Both the position numbers and the translations under genes were made by a program. DNA of 58,566 bases. It comes from an uncultured Gammaproteobacteria bacterium (GTDB lineage Bacteria; Patescibacteriota; Microgenomatia; Curtissbacterales; GWA2-41-24). The stretch is taken from the NCBI GenBank assembly GCA_964492425.1, contig CAZBKB010000004.1, positions 24,260-82,825 of the forward strand, written 5' to 3'. Below the pieces are notes generated by a model. That model did no database searches. It was not told the origin of the DNA and was given only the letters and a program-made list of their open reading frames with translations. Positions within the stretch are counted from its first letter, which is position 1; the number at the start of each line of letters is the position of its first letter. This document shows, one piece after another, positions 25,162-35,699 of this stretch.

Positions 25162-25834
25162 ATTTCCCTTCTTTCTCGTCTTTTACTATTTTACCCTTAT
25201 CGAGAACAATTACTCTCTTTTTGAAGTGATTAACTATCTGGGCGTTATGAGTTGCCATAATTATTGTAGTCTTATCATCATGATTTATTTTTTCCAAGAG
25301 TTCGACTATTTCCTTTGCGGTTCTTGGGTCTAAGTCGCCAGTAGGCTCGTCCGCTAAAAGAAACTGCGGTTTTGCAACTATGGCCCTGGCAATTGCTGTC
25401 CTTTGGACTTCTCCACCAGAGAGTTGAAGCGGAAAATTGTCAGCTTTCTCAAGAAGGCCTACTTTTTCCAGTGTCGTAGATACTTCTCTTTCTACGAGCG
25501 ACTCTTTTTGCGACATGACTTCAAGAGGAACAGCGACATTTTCAAAAACAGTTTTCGTTAGAAGAAGTTTAAAATCCTGGAATACGGTACCTATTTGACG
25601 CCTAATAAAGGGTATTTTACCAGCGGGAATTTTAAGAATATCCTGATTGTTAATAAGAATTTTTCCTGTAGATGGTAGAATTTCTCTAGTAATTAGTTTC
25701 AGTAGGGTCGATTTGCCAGCTCCAGATGCGCCGACAATAAAAACAAAATCTTGGTCTTCAATTGTTAAATTGATATCATCTATTGCAACCTGACCTGAGG
25801 GATACTTTTTACTGACAGATTCAAATTTGATCAT
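25148..25834 (-). CDS. ftsE: cell division ATP-binding protein FtsE
   Basis: GASGAGKST (Walker A), LSGGEVQR (signature), LLADEPTGDLD (Walker B). Confidence 0.9.
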   Translation of the reverse strand: MIKFESVSKKYPSGQVAIDDINLTIEDQDFVFIVGASGAGKSTLLKLITREILPSTGKILINNQDILKIPAGKIPFIRRQIGTVFQDFKLLLTKTVFENVAVPLEVMSQKESLVEREVSTTLEKVGLLEKADNFPLQLSGGEVQRTAIARAIVAKPQFLLADEPTGDLDPRTAKEIVELLEKINHDDKTTIIMATHNAQIVNHFKKRVIVLDKGKIVKDEKEGKYEAS

Positions 25835-25848
25835 GGGGCTTGAGCGAA

Positions 25849-26325
25849 TTATTTAATTTCTTCTACTTTACCTACATCCATAAGCCAACCGACTTGCTTT
25901 GAACCAAAGGTTTCACCATAAACCTTGACATGTTTACCGGCAAATTCGTCAAGATCCAAAACAGATGATGTGAGAAATGCAGTCTGAGATTCACCACCAG
26001 GGCGAATTAGCTTGTGGGTACCTTGGGCGTATTTATCAATATCATCATTTTTTTCTATTGTACCCTCTGCTTGATCCTTAAACGTTTGTGCGAAAGATTC
26101 CTGAATTTTCGGATCCAAATTCTCTTCATTGGCAATAGATGTCGCTTGGTTTTGGCTTTTTTGCCTCGATGTGAGGACAAGCCCACTAAATACACCCAAT
26201 CCTATGATTGCAATGATAATTATTATCGGAACGACCTTCGATATTGGAGTTAGGGGTTTTGACGATGGTACAGCCCTTAAAGGAATTGTATGCTTTACTG
26301 GTGTTTCTGCGGCAGATTCTTCCAT
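25849..26325 (-). CDS. hypothetical single-pass membrane protein
   Basis: 158 aa. TM helix VVPIIIIIAIIGLGVFSGLVL followed by a soluble C-terminal domain. First gene after a good promoter-like element. Confidence 0.5.
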   Translation of the reverse strand: MEESAAETPVKHTIPLRAVPSSKPLTPISKVVPIIIIIAIIGLGVFSGLVLTSRQKSQNQATSIANEENLDPKIQESFAQTFKDQAEGTIEKNDDIDKYAQGTHKLIRPGGESQTAFLTSSVLDLDEFAGKHVKVYGETFGSKQVGWLMDVGKVEEIK

Positions 26326-26365
26326 ATGCTTTAGCCTGGCAATTTTGTCTTTTTACTTAGAGTCA

Positions 26366-26395
26366 ATTATAGCAGTATAGTTTGGGTACCATCAA
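26366..26395 (-). promoter_or_regulatory. sigma70-like promoter candidate for the 25849-ftsEX-M23 unit
   Basis: Minus strand TTGATG, 18-nt spacer, TGcTATAAT (extended -10). Plus-strand catcaa at 26390-26395 and attata at 26366-26371. Confidence 0.4.
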
Positions 26396-26398
26396 CAG

Positions 26399-27484
26399 TT
26401 AAGAATTGAGGGAGACTTCGTGTTTTATAAACTCATCTAATTCTCCATCTAGCACCGCTTGAGCATCCGTAGATTCATAGTTTGTCCTTAAGTCTTTGAC
26501 TAATTTGTACGGATGAAGCACATAAGACCTGATTTGATTACCCCAGCCTGGCATTACATGCCCACCTTTTATTTTTTCCTTTTCCTTTTTCTCTTCTTCT
26601 TGTTTTATGACCCATAGTTTTGCTTTAAGAAGTTTCATAGCGTTTTCCCTGTTTTGAGCTTGGTACCTTTGCGTTTGACAGGTTACTATGATTCCTGTTG
26701 GTTTATGCCTGAGCCTTACTGCAGTAGACACCTTATTTACGTTTTGTCCTCCGTGTCCTCCTGACCTGTAGGCTTCAAATTCAATGTCTTCATCCTTTAA
26801 TTCTATTGCGTCATCTACTTCGTCTAGTTGAGGCATAATTTCAACCAGAGCAAAAGACGTTTGCCTGAGTTGATCTGCATTAAATGGTGATTGTCTGACC
26901 AAACGGTGTACACCTGCTTCACCTTTAAGGAGGCCATAGGCATAGATCTCGTCGACTGAAATAGTTACGGTTTTAAATCCAGCTTCTTCTCCCGGTATTT
27001 CATCTACAACTTCAAAATTCCAGTCATTTTTTGAAAAATATTTTTGATACATACGTGATAACATTTCTACCCAGTCCATAGCCTCAGTTCCTCCCTGGCC
27101 AGCATGAATTGAGAGTATAGCCGGATTCTTATCATACTGACTAGAAAGAAACATTCTTATTTCGAGTCTGGACATCATTTTTTCTATCCTTTTTAGCTCT
27201 GTTTCAATCTCTGCATCCAAGTCTTCGTCTGCTTTTGAAAGTTTTGTCATTTCGCGTATATCTCTCAAATCTTCTTTTAGGCTTTTAAAATCCGAGAGGT
27301 CTTTTTGAACAGACGCAATTTTTTTCATTATTTTTTTTGCGTTTTGTGTATCGCTCCAAAAGTCCCCTTTCAGGCTCTGTGCTTCTAACTCTCTGAGCTC
27401 TTGTTGCTTTTTGTGCAGGTTAATATTTTTCTCGACTATTTCTAACCTATTTATAAGCTCAGAGAGTTTCTGCTCGATATCCAT
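26399..27484 (-). CDS. prfB: peptide chain release factor 2
   Basis: SPF tripeptide (VRQSPFNA) and GGQ motif ([16 protein letters not shown]). Uninterrupted 361-aa ORF. Confidence 0.9.
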   Translation of the reverse strand: MDIEQKLSELINRLEIVEKNINLHKKQQELRELEAQSLKGDFWSDTQNAKKIMKKIASVQKDLSDFKSLKEDLRDIREMTKLSKADEDLDAEIETELKRIEKMMSRLEIRMFLSSQYDKNPAILSIHAGQGGTEAMDWVEMLSRMYQKYFSKNDWNFEVVDEIPGEEAGFKTVTISVDEIYAYGLLKGEAGVHRLVRQSPFNADQLRQTSFALVEIMPQLDEVDDAIELKDEDIEFEAYRSGGHGGQNVNKVSTAVRLRHKPTGIIVTCQTQRYQAQNRENAMKLLKAKLWVIKQEEEKKEKEKIKGGHVMPGWGNQIRSYVLHPYKLVKDLRTNYESTDAQAVLDGELDEFIKHEVSLNS

Positions 27485-27513
27485 GTTATTCAGATTATAT
27501 ATAATTTGAGGCT

Positions 27514-28290
27514 TTAGCGTACCAAAAATGGAATAAGTAACAATAGCAACCCTAACGCTACTCTGTAAACAATAAATACATTAAGGCTGCGGGTTGATAA
27601 ATATTTTAAAAAATATTTAATGGTTAAGTAACCAAATATGAAAGAGGTAGTAATACCTACAATCAGTAAGCTGATATCTGACGCTTGACCATCTGATAAA
27701 GCCTCAGTAAACTTTTTTAAGCCTGCTCCTGCAATTATTGGGCCAGAAAGTAGAAATGCAAATTGTGCTGCACTTTCCCTGGTTAAACCAATGAATAAGC
27801 CAGCGGATATTGTTGCCCCAGAACGGGAAATGCCAGGAATCAGAGCAAGAGCTTGTGCAAACCCAATAACCATTGAGTCAAAAAGTGTAATTTTGGCACT
27901 ATCTTTCTTCTTTTGGCCAATTTGTTCGGCATAAAATATAACCGCTGAGAAAATGATAAGAGCAGCGCCGATAATGGTCAGGTTTCTAAGTTCGTTTTCG
28001 ATAAAACCTTCAAGCAGAAAGCCAAAAACTATTGCTGGGACCGTTCCAATTATTATTTTCTTATAAAGCTGATTTTTTAATATTAGGATGCTTATGTAAT
28101 CTTTTGCAAAAAATATAAGAACAGCCAGTAGTGTTCCCAGGTGAATTGAGGCATCAAAACCTAACCCGAATTGGTCTTGAGGCAAGTTAAAAACTTTTTG
28201 AAATATGACAAGGTGGGCAGTTGATGAAACAGGCAAAAATTCTGTAAGTCCCTGCAGGGCGCCGGCAAGTATTGCAATTAAGTAATCCAT
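27514..28290 (-). CDS. uppP: undecaprenyl-diphosphate phosphatase
   Basis: [13 protein letters not shown], ...[10 protein letters not shown]...; 258 aa, 8 TM helices. Confidence 0.9.
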   Translation of the reverse strand: MDYLIAILAGALQGLTEFLPVSSTAHLVIFQKVFNLPQDQFGLGFDASIHLGTLLAVLIFFAKDYISILILKNQLYKKIIIGTVPAIVFGFLLEGFIENELRNLTIIGAALIIFSAVIFYAEQIGQKKKDSAKITLFDSMVIGFAQALALIPGISRSGATISAGLFIGLTRESAAQFAFLLSGPIIAGAGLKKFTEALSDGQASDISLLIVGITTSFIFGYLTIKYFLKYLSTRSLNVFIVYRVALGLLLLLIPFLVR

Positions 28291-28299
28291 ACATTAACT

Positions 28300-28980
28300 T
28301 TAATTTACAAAACGATATTTAAGAAGAACTAAAACTGCACGCAATCCATCTTTAATACCAATTTTTTTACCCTCTTTGTAGCTTCTACTTTTATAACTAA
28401 TTGGTATTTCTATTATTTTGAAGCCGCTTTTTATAAATTTGCAGGTTATTTCTGGTTCAAACCCAAAACGATCTTCATGCAATTTAATGTCTTTTAAGGT
28501 TTCACGCCTAAATGCCTTATAACAAGTTTCCATATCGGATATGTAGTGCCGAAACAAAATCTTAGTAAGAAATGACAACCCAATATTGCCAAAATAAAAA
28601 AGATGATAGCGTGGGTGGTGAGATTTATTGAGAAAACGAGAACCATAAACTACTTTGATTTTACTATCACTAAATAGCTTTAAGATTTTAATATGTTCCC
28701 TCGGGTCATATTCTAGATCAGCGTCATGAATCAAGATAATGTCTCCCTTGGCCTTTGCAATAGCTTTTCTTATGGAATACCCTTTTCCGTGATTTACAGA
28801 ATTTTCTATATAAATAATGTCTCTAGTTGACTTTATAATTTTTGCAGAATTATCTTTTGACCCGTCATTGACAACAATTATTTCTTTCTCGAATGGATGC
28901 TTTACTTCTTTAACACTTTTAATAACCCGGGCGACAGTTTTTTCTTCGTTGTATACCGGAATAATAATTGAGCACTTCAT
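28300..28980 (-). CDS. GT2 glycosyltransferase (polyprenyl-phosphate glycosyltransferase-like)
   Basis: CSIIIPVYNEE, VNDGSKDNS, HDADLEYDP. Confidence 0.8.
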   Translation of the reverse strand: MKCSIIIPVYNEEKTVARVIKSVKEVKHPFEKEIIVVNDGSKDNSAKIIKSTRDIIYIENSVNHGKGYSIRKAIAKAKGDIILIHDADLEYDPREHIKILKLFSDSKIKVVYGSRFLNKSHHPRYHLFYFGNIGLSFLTKILFRHYISDMETCYKAFRRETLKDIKLHEDRFGFEPEITCKFIKSGFKIIEIPISYKSRSYKEGKKIGIKDGLRAVLVLLKYRFVN

Positions 28981-29036
28981 TGAATTTAGTTAGTAAAGTA
29001 ACAGTATTAATGTTAATATGTCAACGATAGTGCCTC

Positions 29037-30611
29037 ATGCAAGCCATGGTTAAAAAGACTCAATTTAAATCTTTTAACAGGTTTTTCCCCAATAATAGAT
29101 TGATCGTTTCCTTTTTTATCATAGGTATTATTTTAAGACTTGTTTTTTTCAAGAGCCACGTGTGGCTTGGAAGCGATATCACCCGCGATATATCCATTAG
29201 CCTAGAAGCTCTCGAACGAGGAGAAGTTCCTTTAACGGGCTCATTTAGTAGTGCAGGGCCATTTGTTTTTGGTCCAACGCTATATTGGCTGTACATGTTT
29301 ACGTTCTTACTTTTTCCTTTCAGTTTGCTTACACCATGGTACACTGCTTTTGTTGTCAGTATTTTGGTAATTGGTTGCTTCTATTATTTAGCAAATAAGT
29401 CAGAAAGTAGAATATTATTTGGATTCACTGCACTGATTACTGCTATATCGCCACAACTGGTACAGATTGCATCATCTCCGACACAGCATACATATGTATT
29501 GATTTTTACGCTATTTTCACTCATTTTGTTATATAACTTTTACAGTACTAGAAAGTTGTTTTGGGCTTTTTTAGGAGGTATATCAATAGGTCTTGCAATC
29601 AATATGCATTACCAGGCCCTTAATCTTTTGGCCCTTCCTGTGATAGTGTTGTTCTTTAAAGCAGCAAATTTCAAAAAGAGAATTGTATCTCTGCTTGTGG
29701 TTGCCTGCGGTATAGCGATCGCAATTTTGCCTCTTTCTATATGGGATTTTGGACAGTCTTTTGCAAATTTTAGAAATCTACTGGACTATCTTTTGATTGG
29801 GCAGGGTAGAGTTTATGTTCCCAACAGCTGGAAACTATATCTTTTTGAATATCTACCGAATAACTGGGCGTATGTAACCGGTTTGCCATCTTTTTTCGGC
29901 CTCATACTGCTTTTTGGGGGAAGCTTGGTCTGGTTCTTTGATTTTATACGTACAAGAAAATTATCCTTCATTTTCCTTATCAATACTGTTTTTCTTTTTA
30001 TGTTGTTTTTGGGTAGATACTACCGTGGAGAGAGATTTCCTGGATACACAATGTATATGCTCCCATTCATGATTATATTTTCTACTTGGACGATAAGTAA
30101 AATATTGGATTTTATTCCAGATGTAACGTGGGGAAATAATTTAAAATATTCCTTAATCGTGATTTTATCACTATCGATAATATTTTCCAGTTTTACCCAG
30201 CTTAGAGGAAAGTTGCAAGAAAATCCCAGTTATTCTGAAATTAAAAATGCAACTGCGAAGCTCATCGCAGAATATCCTGGAGAAAAGTTTAGGGTTTTAA
30301 ATCTGGCAAGTACTAATCCTGACGCAAGTTACGCAGTAACCGTTTACTTACAACATAAAAGATTTTATGCATTCGATAATTCTTTGAAAGTTGGTTTTTG
30401 TAACGGGTGTCCAGAAAGTATAAATAAATTAGGGGAACTATTTGGGACTTCTTATTTTAAGATTGATGATGATAAATTAAATACTGCCTGGCAGGGAGTT
30501 AGCCAGAGGGAAATTTACGATTCAACAATTGGGTGGCTGAGCAAACACCAACTGAAGTCTACCTTTCAACTTGATAAATATTTAAATGAGAAATTATTTT
30601 CGCTAATTTAA
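29037..30611 (+). CDS. GT-C fold polytopic membrane glycosyltransferase (ArnT/PMT-like paralog)
   Basis: 524 aa, multi-TM. Motif WLGSDITRDISISLEALERGEVPLTGSFSSAGPFVFGPTLYW. Divergent from the GT2 at 28300. Alternative ATG at 29046. Confidence 0.7.
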   Translation: MQAMVKKTQFKSFNRFFPNNRLIVSFFIIGIILRLVFFKSHVWLGSDITRDISISLEALERGEVPLTGSFSSAGPFVFGPTLYWLYMFTFLLFPFSLLTPWYTAFVVSILVIGCFYYLANKSESRILFGFTALITAISPQLVQIASSPTQHTYVLIFTLFSLILLYNFYSTRKLFWAFLGGISIGLAINMHYQALNLLALPVIVLFFKAANFKKRIVSLLVVACGIAIAILPLSIWDFGQSFANFRNLLDYLLIGQGRVYVPNSWKLYLFEYLPNNWAYVTGLPSFFGLILLFGGSLVWFFDFIRTRKLSFIFLINTVFLFMLFLGRYYRGERFPGYTMYMLPFMIIFSTWTISKILDFIPDVTWGNNLKYSLIVILSLSIIFSSFTQLRGKLQENPSYSEIKNATAKLIAEYPGEKFRVLNLASTNPDASYAVTVYLQHKRFYAFDNSLKVGFCNGCPESINKLGELFGTSYFKIDDDKLNTAWQGVSQREIYDSTIGWLSKHQLKSTFQLDKYLNEKLFSLI

Positions 30612-33574
30612 CCTTTATGCTCGAGTGCGCCGATCAGGCCGCATCTTTTCCATTTTAAACCAGAACCACACGGGCATGGGTCATTCCTGCCGATTTTTTC
30701 GACTTTTAGTGGAGTGGTTTTTGATGAGAACGGATTATCGGGAGATAACACTTGCTGACTGCCAGATTTTTCTAGAGCTTCCAGTCGAGCTATTTCGGCA
30801 TTCAACTGTTCATCTGTCATTTCATTTGGATCACTGGTAGTCCTGCTGTGGTCTTGTTGATCATTTTGTGACTGCTCTTTCTCGAGGCGGGCAATTTCCG
30901 CATTAAGTTCCTCGTCTGTCAATTCCATCGGATCTTTATCAACTGATTTTTGGCTCCGTGATAATTCCTGAACATTGCTTTGATTTTCCTGATCTGTTTT
31001 ATTACGTATTTGGTTTATTTGTGGATGAACTTCTACACCACGTTCTTCCACCTTTTCAATCTCAGGCTGCCTGCTAACTTGGATTCTGAAAATACGGTGG
31101 ACAATCTCTGAGTCTATTGTTGCCATTAGTTTTTCAAATAAACTGAAAGCCTCCTGTTTATATTCGACCAGGGGATCTCTTTGTCCGGCTGCACGCAGAC
31201 CTATCCCTTCTCTTAGATCATCTAATGAGTCGAGGTGTTGTATCCACAAGGTGTCTATTACAGACAGTGTTGTAAATTTTTCAATATCACGTAGTGATTT
31301 TTCGCCAAGTGATTTTTCCCTCTCTTTATAAACATTTTCGATAACCCCCATTAGAAACTCAGTTAGCTTTTCATCACTCGCATGTTTTTGTGCGTCTTTT
31401 GCTAGACTATTGGCAGAAGACTGATCAAAAGGGACGATAGTTATAAATTCTTTAATTATTGCTTCTACATTTGGGGTTGATCCTTCCTTTATATTTGCCA
31501 GGATCAAATTGTTAAGCTCCCGCTCGACCCTGTCTAAAGTTTCATTCTTTAGCGTGTCTTGAGCCTTTGGATCATTTACCGACTCTAAAATCTTGTTTCT
31601 GGCACCGTAGATTATTTCCCGTTGGCGGTTTGCCACATCATCGTATTCAACTAAGTGTTTGCGGATATCAAAATTGTGGGTTTCAACTTTAACCTGAGCG
31701 TTCTCAATTGCTTTACTGACCATTCCATGTTCTATGGGAGTATCCTCTGGTAATTTAAATGCCGTCATAATTTTGGCTATTTGTTCTCCACCAAATAAGC
31801 GCATGATTTCGTCTTCTAGGGAAACATAAAAGCGACTTGAGCCTGGATCTCCTTGACGTCCGGAGCGACCGCGAAGTTGATTGTCAATTCGTCTTGCCTC
31901 ATGTCTTTCTGTTCCTATAACATGCAAGCCTCCAATTTTAACAACTTCATTATGGTCTTTCTGCCATTTTTCGTATTCCTTGCCTTTTACAGTTGGTCTT
32001 CCCAATCTATCCGTTGGTGGTGAACCACCTAAAATTATGTCGACACCACGCCCGGCTATATTTGTTGCCAAGGTGACATTGTCACGGACACCGGAGGATG
32101 CTATTATTTCTGCTTCTTTCTGATGGTTTTTAGCATTGAGCACTTGATGTGGAATTCCTTTTCTCTTCAGAAGGCTTGATAAAAACTCGTTTTTTTCAAT
32201 TGATGTTGTACCTATCAAAACAGGTTGACCTTTGGAATGTTTCTCAGCAACGTCATTTGCAACTGCCGTAAACTTTGTCTTAGTTGTTTTATAAACAACA
32301 TCGGACATATCTTTTCTAATAGTTGGCTTATTTGTTGGGATTGTAACCACTTCCAGTTTGTAGATTTTGAAGAATTCTTCTGCTTCTGTTGCTGCAGTTC
32401 CAGTCATACCTCCTAATTTTTCGTAAAGCCTAAAGTAATTTTGGAAAGAAATTGTAGCTAATGTTTGAGATTCTTTTTGAACTGCGACTCCCTCTTTTGC
32501 TTCTATCGCCTGATGCAAACCTTCTGACCAACGTCTACCTTGCATTAATCTCCCTGTAAACTCATCGACAATTATTATTTCTCCGTCTTTTACAACATAG
32601 TCTTTGTCTTTATGGTAGAGGGTTCTGGCCCTTAGAGATTGCTGGATATGGTGGATTGTCCCGAAATCTTTTTCGTAAAGGTTCTCTACCCCCAGTCTCT
32701 TTTCTACTTTGGTGATACCGTGCTCTGTAAGGTTTGCGGTTTTTAATTTTTCGTCTATGACATAATCGGTGTCCGGTGACAGTTCTTGGACTAACTTTGC
32801 AAACTGGAAATACTTATCGGTTGCTTCGGCAGAAGGCGCGGAAATTATAAGCGGTGTCCTTGCTTCATCAATAAGAATTGAATCCGCTTCGTCAACAATA
32901 GCATAGTGATGAGTGCGCTGTGCTTTATCTTTCAGGTCCCAGACCATATTGTCGCGCAAGAAGTCGAATCCGAATTCGTTGTTTGTTCCGTAAGTTATAT
33001 CAGCAGAGTATGCTTCTTTTTTGTCTACTGGCTTAAGATGTCTGAGACGCCAATCCGTTTGGGTCTTATCTTCATATTTTGGGTCATAAACAAATGCTTT
33101 TTCCTGCATAATGCAGCCGGCTGTTACACCAAGAGCTTCGTAGATAGGTCCCATCCAACCAAGACCAACACGTGCCAAGTAGTCGTTAACTGTTGCTAAG
33201 TGAACACCCTTGCCAGTTAGAGAATTAAGGTAAAGTGGGAGGGAGGCTGTTAAAGTTTTTCCTTCACCGGTTTTTTGTTCAGCAACCTTGCCTTGGTGGA
33301 GAACTATGCCTCCAATTAGCTGAACATCGTAGTGACGCTGGTTTAAAGTTCTTTTTCCTGCTTCTCTAACTGCTGCAAAAGTTTCCGGTAGGAGATCATC
33401 CAACGAGTCGCCCCTTCCATGACGAAGTTTGAATTGTGCCGTTAATGCCTTAAGCTGAATATCTGTGAGTTTTGAAAACTTTTTTTCAAGAGCATTAATA
33501 TCATCAACAAGAGGCTGAAGCTTATTTACCTGTTTTTCGTTTGAATCTAAAAATTTATTTAAAATATTAAACAT
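30608..33574 (-). CDS. secA: preprotein translocase ATPase SecA
   Basis: 988 aa with ...QKTGEGKTLTA..., DEADSILIDEARTPLIIS, and a C-terminal zinc motif CPCGSGLKWKRCG. Confidence 0.95.
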   Translation of the reverse strand: MFNILNKFLDSNEKQVNKLQPLVDDINALEKKFSKLTDIQLKALTAQFKLRHGRGDSLDDLLPETFAAVREAGKRTLNQRHYDVQLIGGIVLHQGKVAEQKTGEGKTLTASLPLYLNSLTGKGVHLATVNDYLARVGLGWMGPIYEALGVTAGCIMQEKAFVYDPKYEDKTQTDWRLRHLKPVDKKEAYSADITYGTNNEFGFDFLRDNMVWDLKDKAQRTHHYAIVDEADSILIDEARTPLIISAPSAEATDKYFQFAKLVQELSPDTDYVIDEKLKTANLTEHGITKVEKRLGVENLYEKDFGTIHHIQQSLRARTLYHKDKDYVVKDGEIIIVDEFTGRLMQGRRWSEGLHQAIEAKEGVAVQKESQTLATISFQNYFRLYEKLGGMTGTAATEAEEFFKIYKLEVVTIPTNKPTIRKDMSDVVYKTTKTKFTAVANDVAEKHSKGQPVLIGTTSIEKNEFLSSLLKRKGIPHQVLNAKNHQKEAEIIASSGVRDNVTLATNIAGRGVDIILGGSPPTDRLGRPTVKGKEYEKWQKDHNEVVKIGGLHVIGTERHEARRIDNQLRGRSGRQGDPGSSRFYVSLEDEIMRLFGGEQIAKIMTAFKLPEDTPIEHGMVSKAIENAQVKVETHNFDIRKHLVEYDDVANRQREIIYGARNKILESVNDPKAQDTLKNETLDRVERELNNLILANIKEGSTPNVEAIIKEFITIVPFDQSSANSLAKDAQKHASDEKLTEFLMGVIENVYKEREKSLGEKSLRDIEKFTTLSVIDTLWIQHLDSLDDLREGIGLRAAGQRDPLVEYKQEAFSLFEKLMATIDSEIVHRIFRIQVSRQPEIEKVEERGVEVHPQINQIRNKTDQENQSNVQELSRSQKSVDKDPMELTDEELNAEIARLEKEQSQNDQQDHSRTTSDPNEMTDEQLNAEIARLEALEKSGSQQVLSPDNPFSSKTTPLKVEKIGRNDPCPCGSGLKWKRCGLIGALEHKG

Positions 33575-33576
33575 GG

Positions 33577-33729
33577 TTATTTACTTTTTGATCTTTCTAT
33601 TATTCGATTCCACAAAACTTTTGTCGACCTTCCATATTCATGGGTGATTGAATGTTTTTTAGGTGTCAGTTTTTTGATGCGGTTGCGCTTTTTAACACGT
33701 AAAGTTTTCGTTTCAGGCAGGAAATTCAT
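33577..33729 (-). CDS. small basic ORF (50 aa) immediately upstream of secA
   Basis: Below the track's size cut-off. My translation: MNFLPETKTLRVKKRNRIKKLTPKKHSITHEYGRSTKVLWNRIIERSKSK. Its stop TAA ends 2 nt before the secA ATG. No convincing SD and no family recognised. Confidence 0.25.
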   Translation of the reverse strand: MNFLPETKTLRVKKRNRIKKLTPKKHSITHEYGRSTKVLWNRIIERSKSK

Positions 33730-33745
33730 AACAGACAATTTTACC

Positions 33746-35020
33746 TCAGGCTGGAATTTTATTAAAGCCGGTGTATTTTTGGAGAACCTTCGGGATTAAA
33801 ATAGAGCCGTCTTTTTGCTGGTAATTTTCCATGATGGCAATTAATGTCCTGCCGATTGCAAATGCGGTTCCGTTTAAAATATGAACATATTGTTTTACAA
33901 TTTGTCCGCCGGATATTCGAGCTCCTCGGCCTGCTTGAACAACTGTTGAGCTAGGCATTTTCCAATTAAAATTAATATTTAATCTTCTGGCTTGGAAATC
34001 GCCGGTTGTGGAAACGGAATGGGTTTCGCGGTACTGGTTTTGTGAAGGTAGCCAGGTTTCGATATCGTATTTTCTTGATGCCGGAAAGCCTAAATCACCT
34101 GATGCGATATCAATAACCTGATAGGCAAGACCCAAGTCGCTAACAAACTTTTCCTCTAGTGAAAGTAGAAATTGATGTTCTTCATCTTCTTTTTCGGGCG
34201 TCGTAAATGAAACCATTTCTACTTTGTCGAACTGGTGGACTCGGAAAATCCCCTTTGTGTCTTTACCGTAAGATCCCGCTTCCCTGCGGAAAGCTGTTGA
34301 AAATGCCGCATATCTTTTGGGAAGATCGGACTGGTTAAATGTTTCGTCCATATGCATTGGGACAACAGAGTGTTCGGCCGTTCCGACCAAAAAGTGGTCA
34401 TCGACCCTGTAACCTTCACCACTTTCATACTCAGGATAGCCTAAACCTTGCATCGCTTTTTTGTTAATTAAAACCGGGGGTATGATCGGAATAAATTCGA
34501 CCTGCTTCAACTTGTCAAATACATAAGAAGTCAGGGCAAATTCCAAATCTACTAATTCATTTTTTAAAAACACAAAACGGCTACCTGAGATTTTGGAGGC
34601 TCGATCTGTATCGATGAGATCCAATTTTATCCCAAGTTGAAGATGGTCCAATGGTTTGAAATCAAATTTTGGAAGTTTCCCAACTTTTTTTATAACTTTC
34701 TTTTTAGCTTCATCGCCTATTGGCACATCATCTTTTGCCGGGTTTGGGATCTGGCGGATTAGTTTGTAAAATTCTTCTTGGAGATTTTCGAGTTGGTTTT
34801 CCTTTTGCTTAAGGTCTGATTTAATTTGTGCGCCTTTTTTTTCGTCGCGGGCATCTGCCGCTTGTTTGCGGTTGGACCTTAGTTGATCTACTTCTTCAAT
34901 TAATTTGCGGCGGTCTGTGTCAACTTTTAAGAGTTTCTCAACATCAATTTCATATCCCTTTTGTTTGGACTTTTCGGCAACTAATTTTGGATTTTCGCGA
35001 ATGAATTTGATGTCTAGCAT
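33746..35020 (-). CDS. serS: seryl-tRNA synthetase
   Basis: MLDIKFIRENP..., N-terminal coiled-coil arm, class II core ...FRREAGS...; 424 aa. Confidence 0.95.
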   Translation of the reverse strand: MLDIKFIRENPKLVAEKSKQKGYEIDVEKLLKVDTDRRKLIEEVDQLRSNRKQAADARDEKKGAQIKSDLKQKENQLENLQEEFYKLIRQIPNPAKDDVPIGDEAKKKVIKKVGKLPKFDFKPLDHLQLGIKLDLIDTDRASKISGSRFVFLKNELVDLEFALTSYVFDKLKQVEFIPIIPPVLINKKAMQGLGYPEYESGEGYRVDDHFLVGTAEHSVVPMHMDETFNQSDLPKRYAAFSTAFRREAGSYGKDTKGIFRVHQFDKVEMVSFTTPEKEDEEHQFLLSLEEKFVSDLGLAYQVIDIASGDLGFPASRKYDIETWLPSQNQYRETHSVSTTGDFQARRLNINFNWKMPSSTVVQAGRGARISGGQIVKQYVHILNGTAFAIGRTLIAIMENYQQKDGSILIPKVLQKYTGFNKIPA

Positions 35021-35054
35021 AATTAGTTCATAGTTGATAGTTTATGGTTCTTAG

Positions 35055-35651
35055 TTATTTGTGTGACAATTGCCAAGAACGTTCCGGCTCAACTTCGTCT
35101 TTTAAGATCATTTCGACTGCCATCTTGTGCCAGGGAATTTTGGTGATGTGATAAACCTCCTTAAAATATTTTAGCGCGCTTTGGGCGCCAGGTACACCTT
35201 TGGCTTGGGCCAGGGCATCTAAATTATCGGCAACCTTGCAAAGACGTGCTTCCAGTGTTTTTCGCTGCATGTATTCTCCAACTAACTCGATGATTTCTTT
35301 ATTTGACGGTAGGTCCTTAACCAGCCATTTGAGGCCCTCTTCTTCTATCGGAGCAAAAGCTCCTTTGGCCATACCTTTGACAAAGGTGCCGACATCGCCG
35401 ACTATCGTTTCTGCCATGTCGTGGAATATGGCCATTTTTACCGCGCGGTTTACATTAATTTTGACACCGTTTTTTTTCATTTCGGATGCCAGAAAGTAAA
35501 CCAGTATAGCAGTGGTCCAGGAATGAGCAGCAACAGAATCTGCTTCCTGCCTTTTGAATCCCATGGCAATGAAACCCTGACGAGGAAGTTCTTTAGCCCA
35601 TTGGAGTGTTAAAAAGACCTTGAGTATTTTTTTTAGGGTAAGTTTGTTCAT
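35055..35651 (-). CDS. HD-domain phosphohydrolase (YfbR-like 5'-deoxynucleotidase family)
   Basis: SVAAHSWTTAILVYFLA ... IFHDMAETIVGDV. Confidence 0.65.
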   Translation of the reverse strand: MNKLTLKKILKVFLTLQWAKELPRQGFIAMGFKRQEADSVAAHSWTTAILVYFLASEMKKNGVKINVNRAVKMAIFHDMAETIVGDVGTFVKGMAKGAFAPIEEEGLKWLVKDLPSNKEIIELVGEYMQRKTLEARLCKVADNLDALAQAKGVPGAQSALKYFKEVYHITKIPWHKMAVEMILKDEVEPERSWQLSHK

Positions 35652-35699
35652 ATTAGGATTAAATGATAAGAAGATAAGAGTGATGAGTCTTTTCTTCGA

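Noticed and set aside
26399-27484. Programmed +1 frameshift in prfB (RF2), and possible UGA recoding as in some CPR lineages
   Set aside because: The RF2 ORF is continuous from MDIEQKL... through the region where the CUU-UGA-C shift site normally sits, so no frameshift is needed. RF2 is present, and many genes end in TGA, often as ATGA overlaps with the next gene. The standard code therefore fits.
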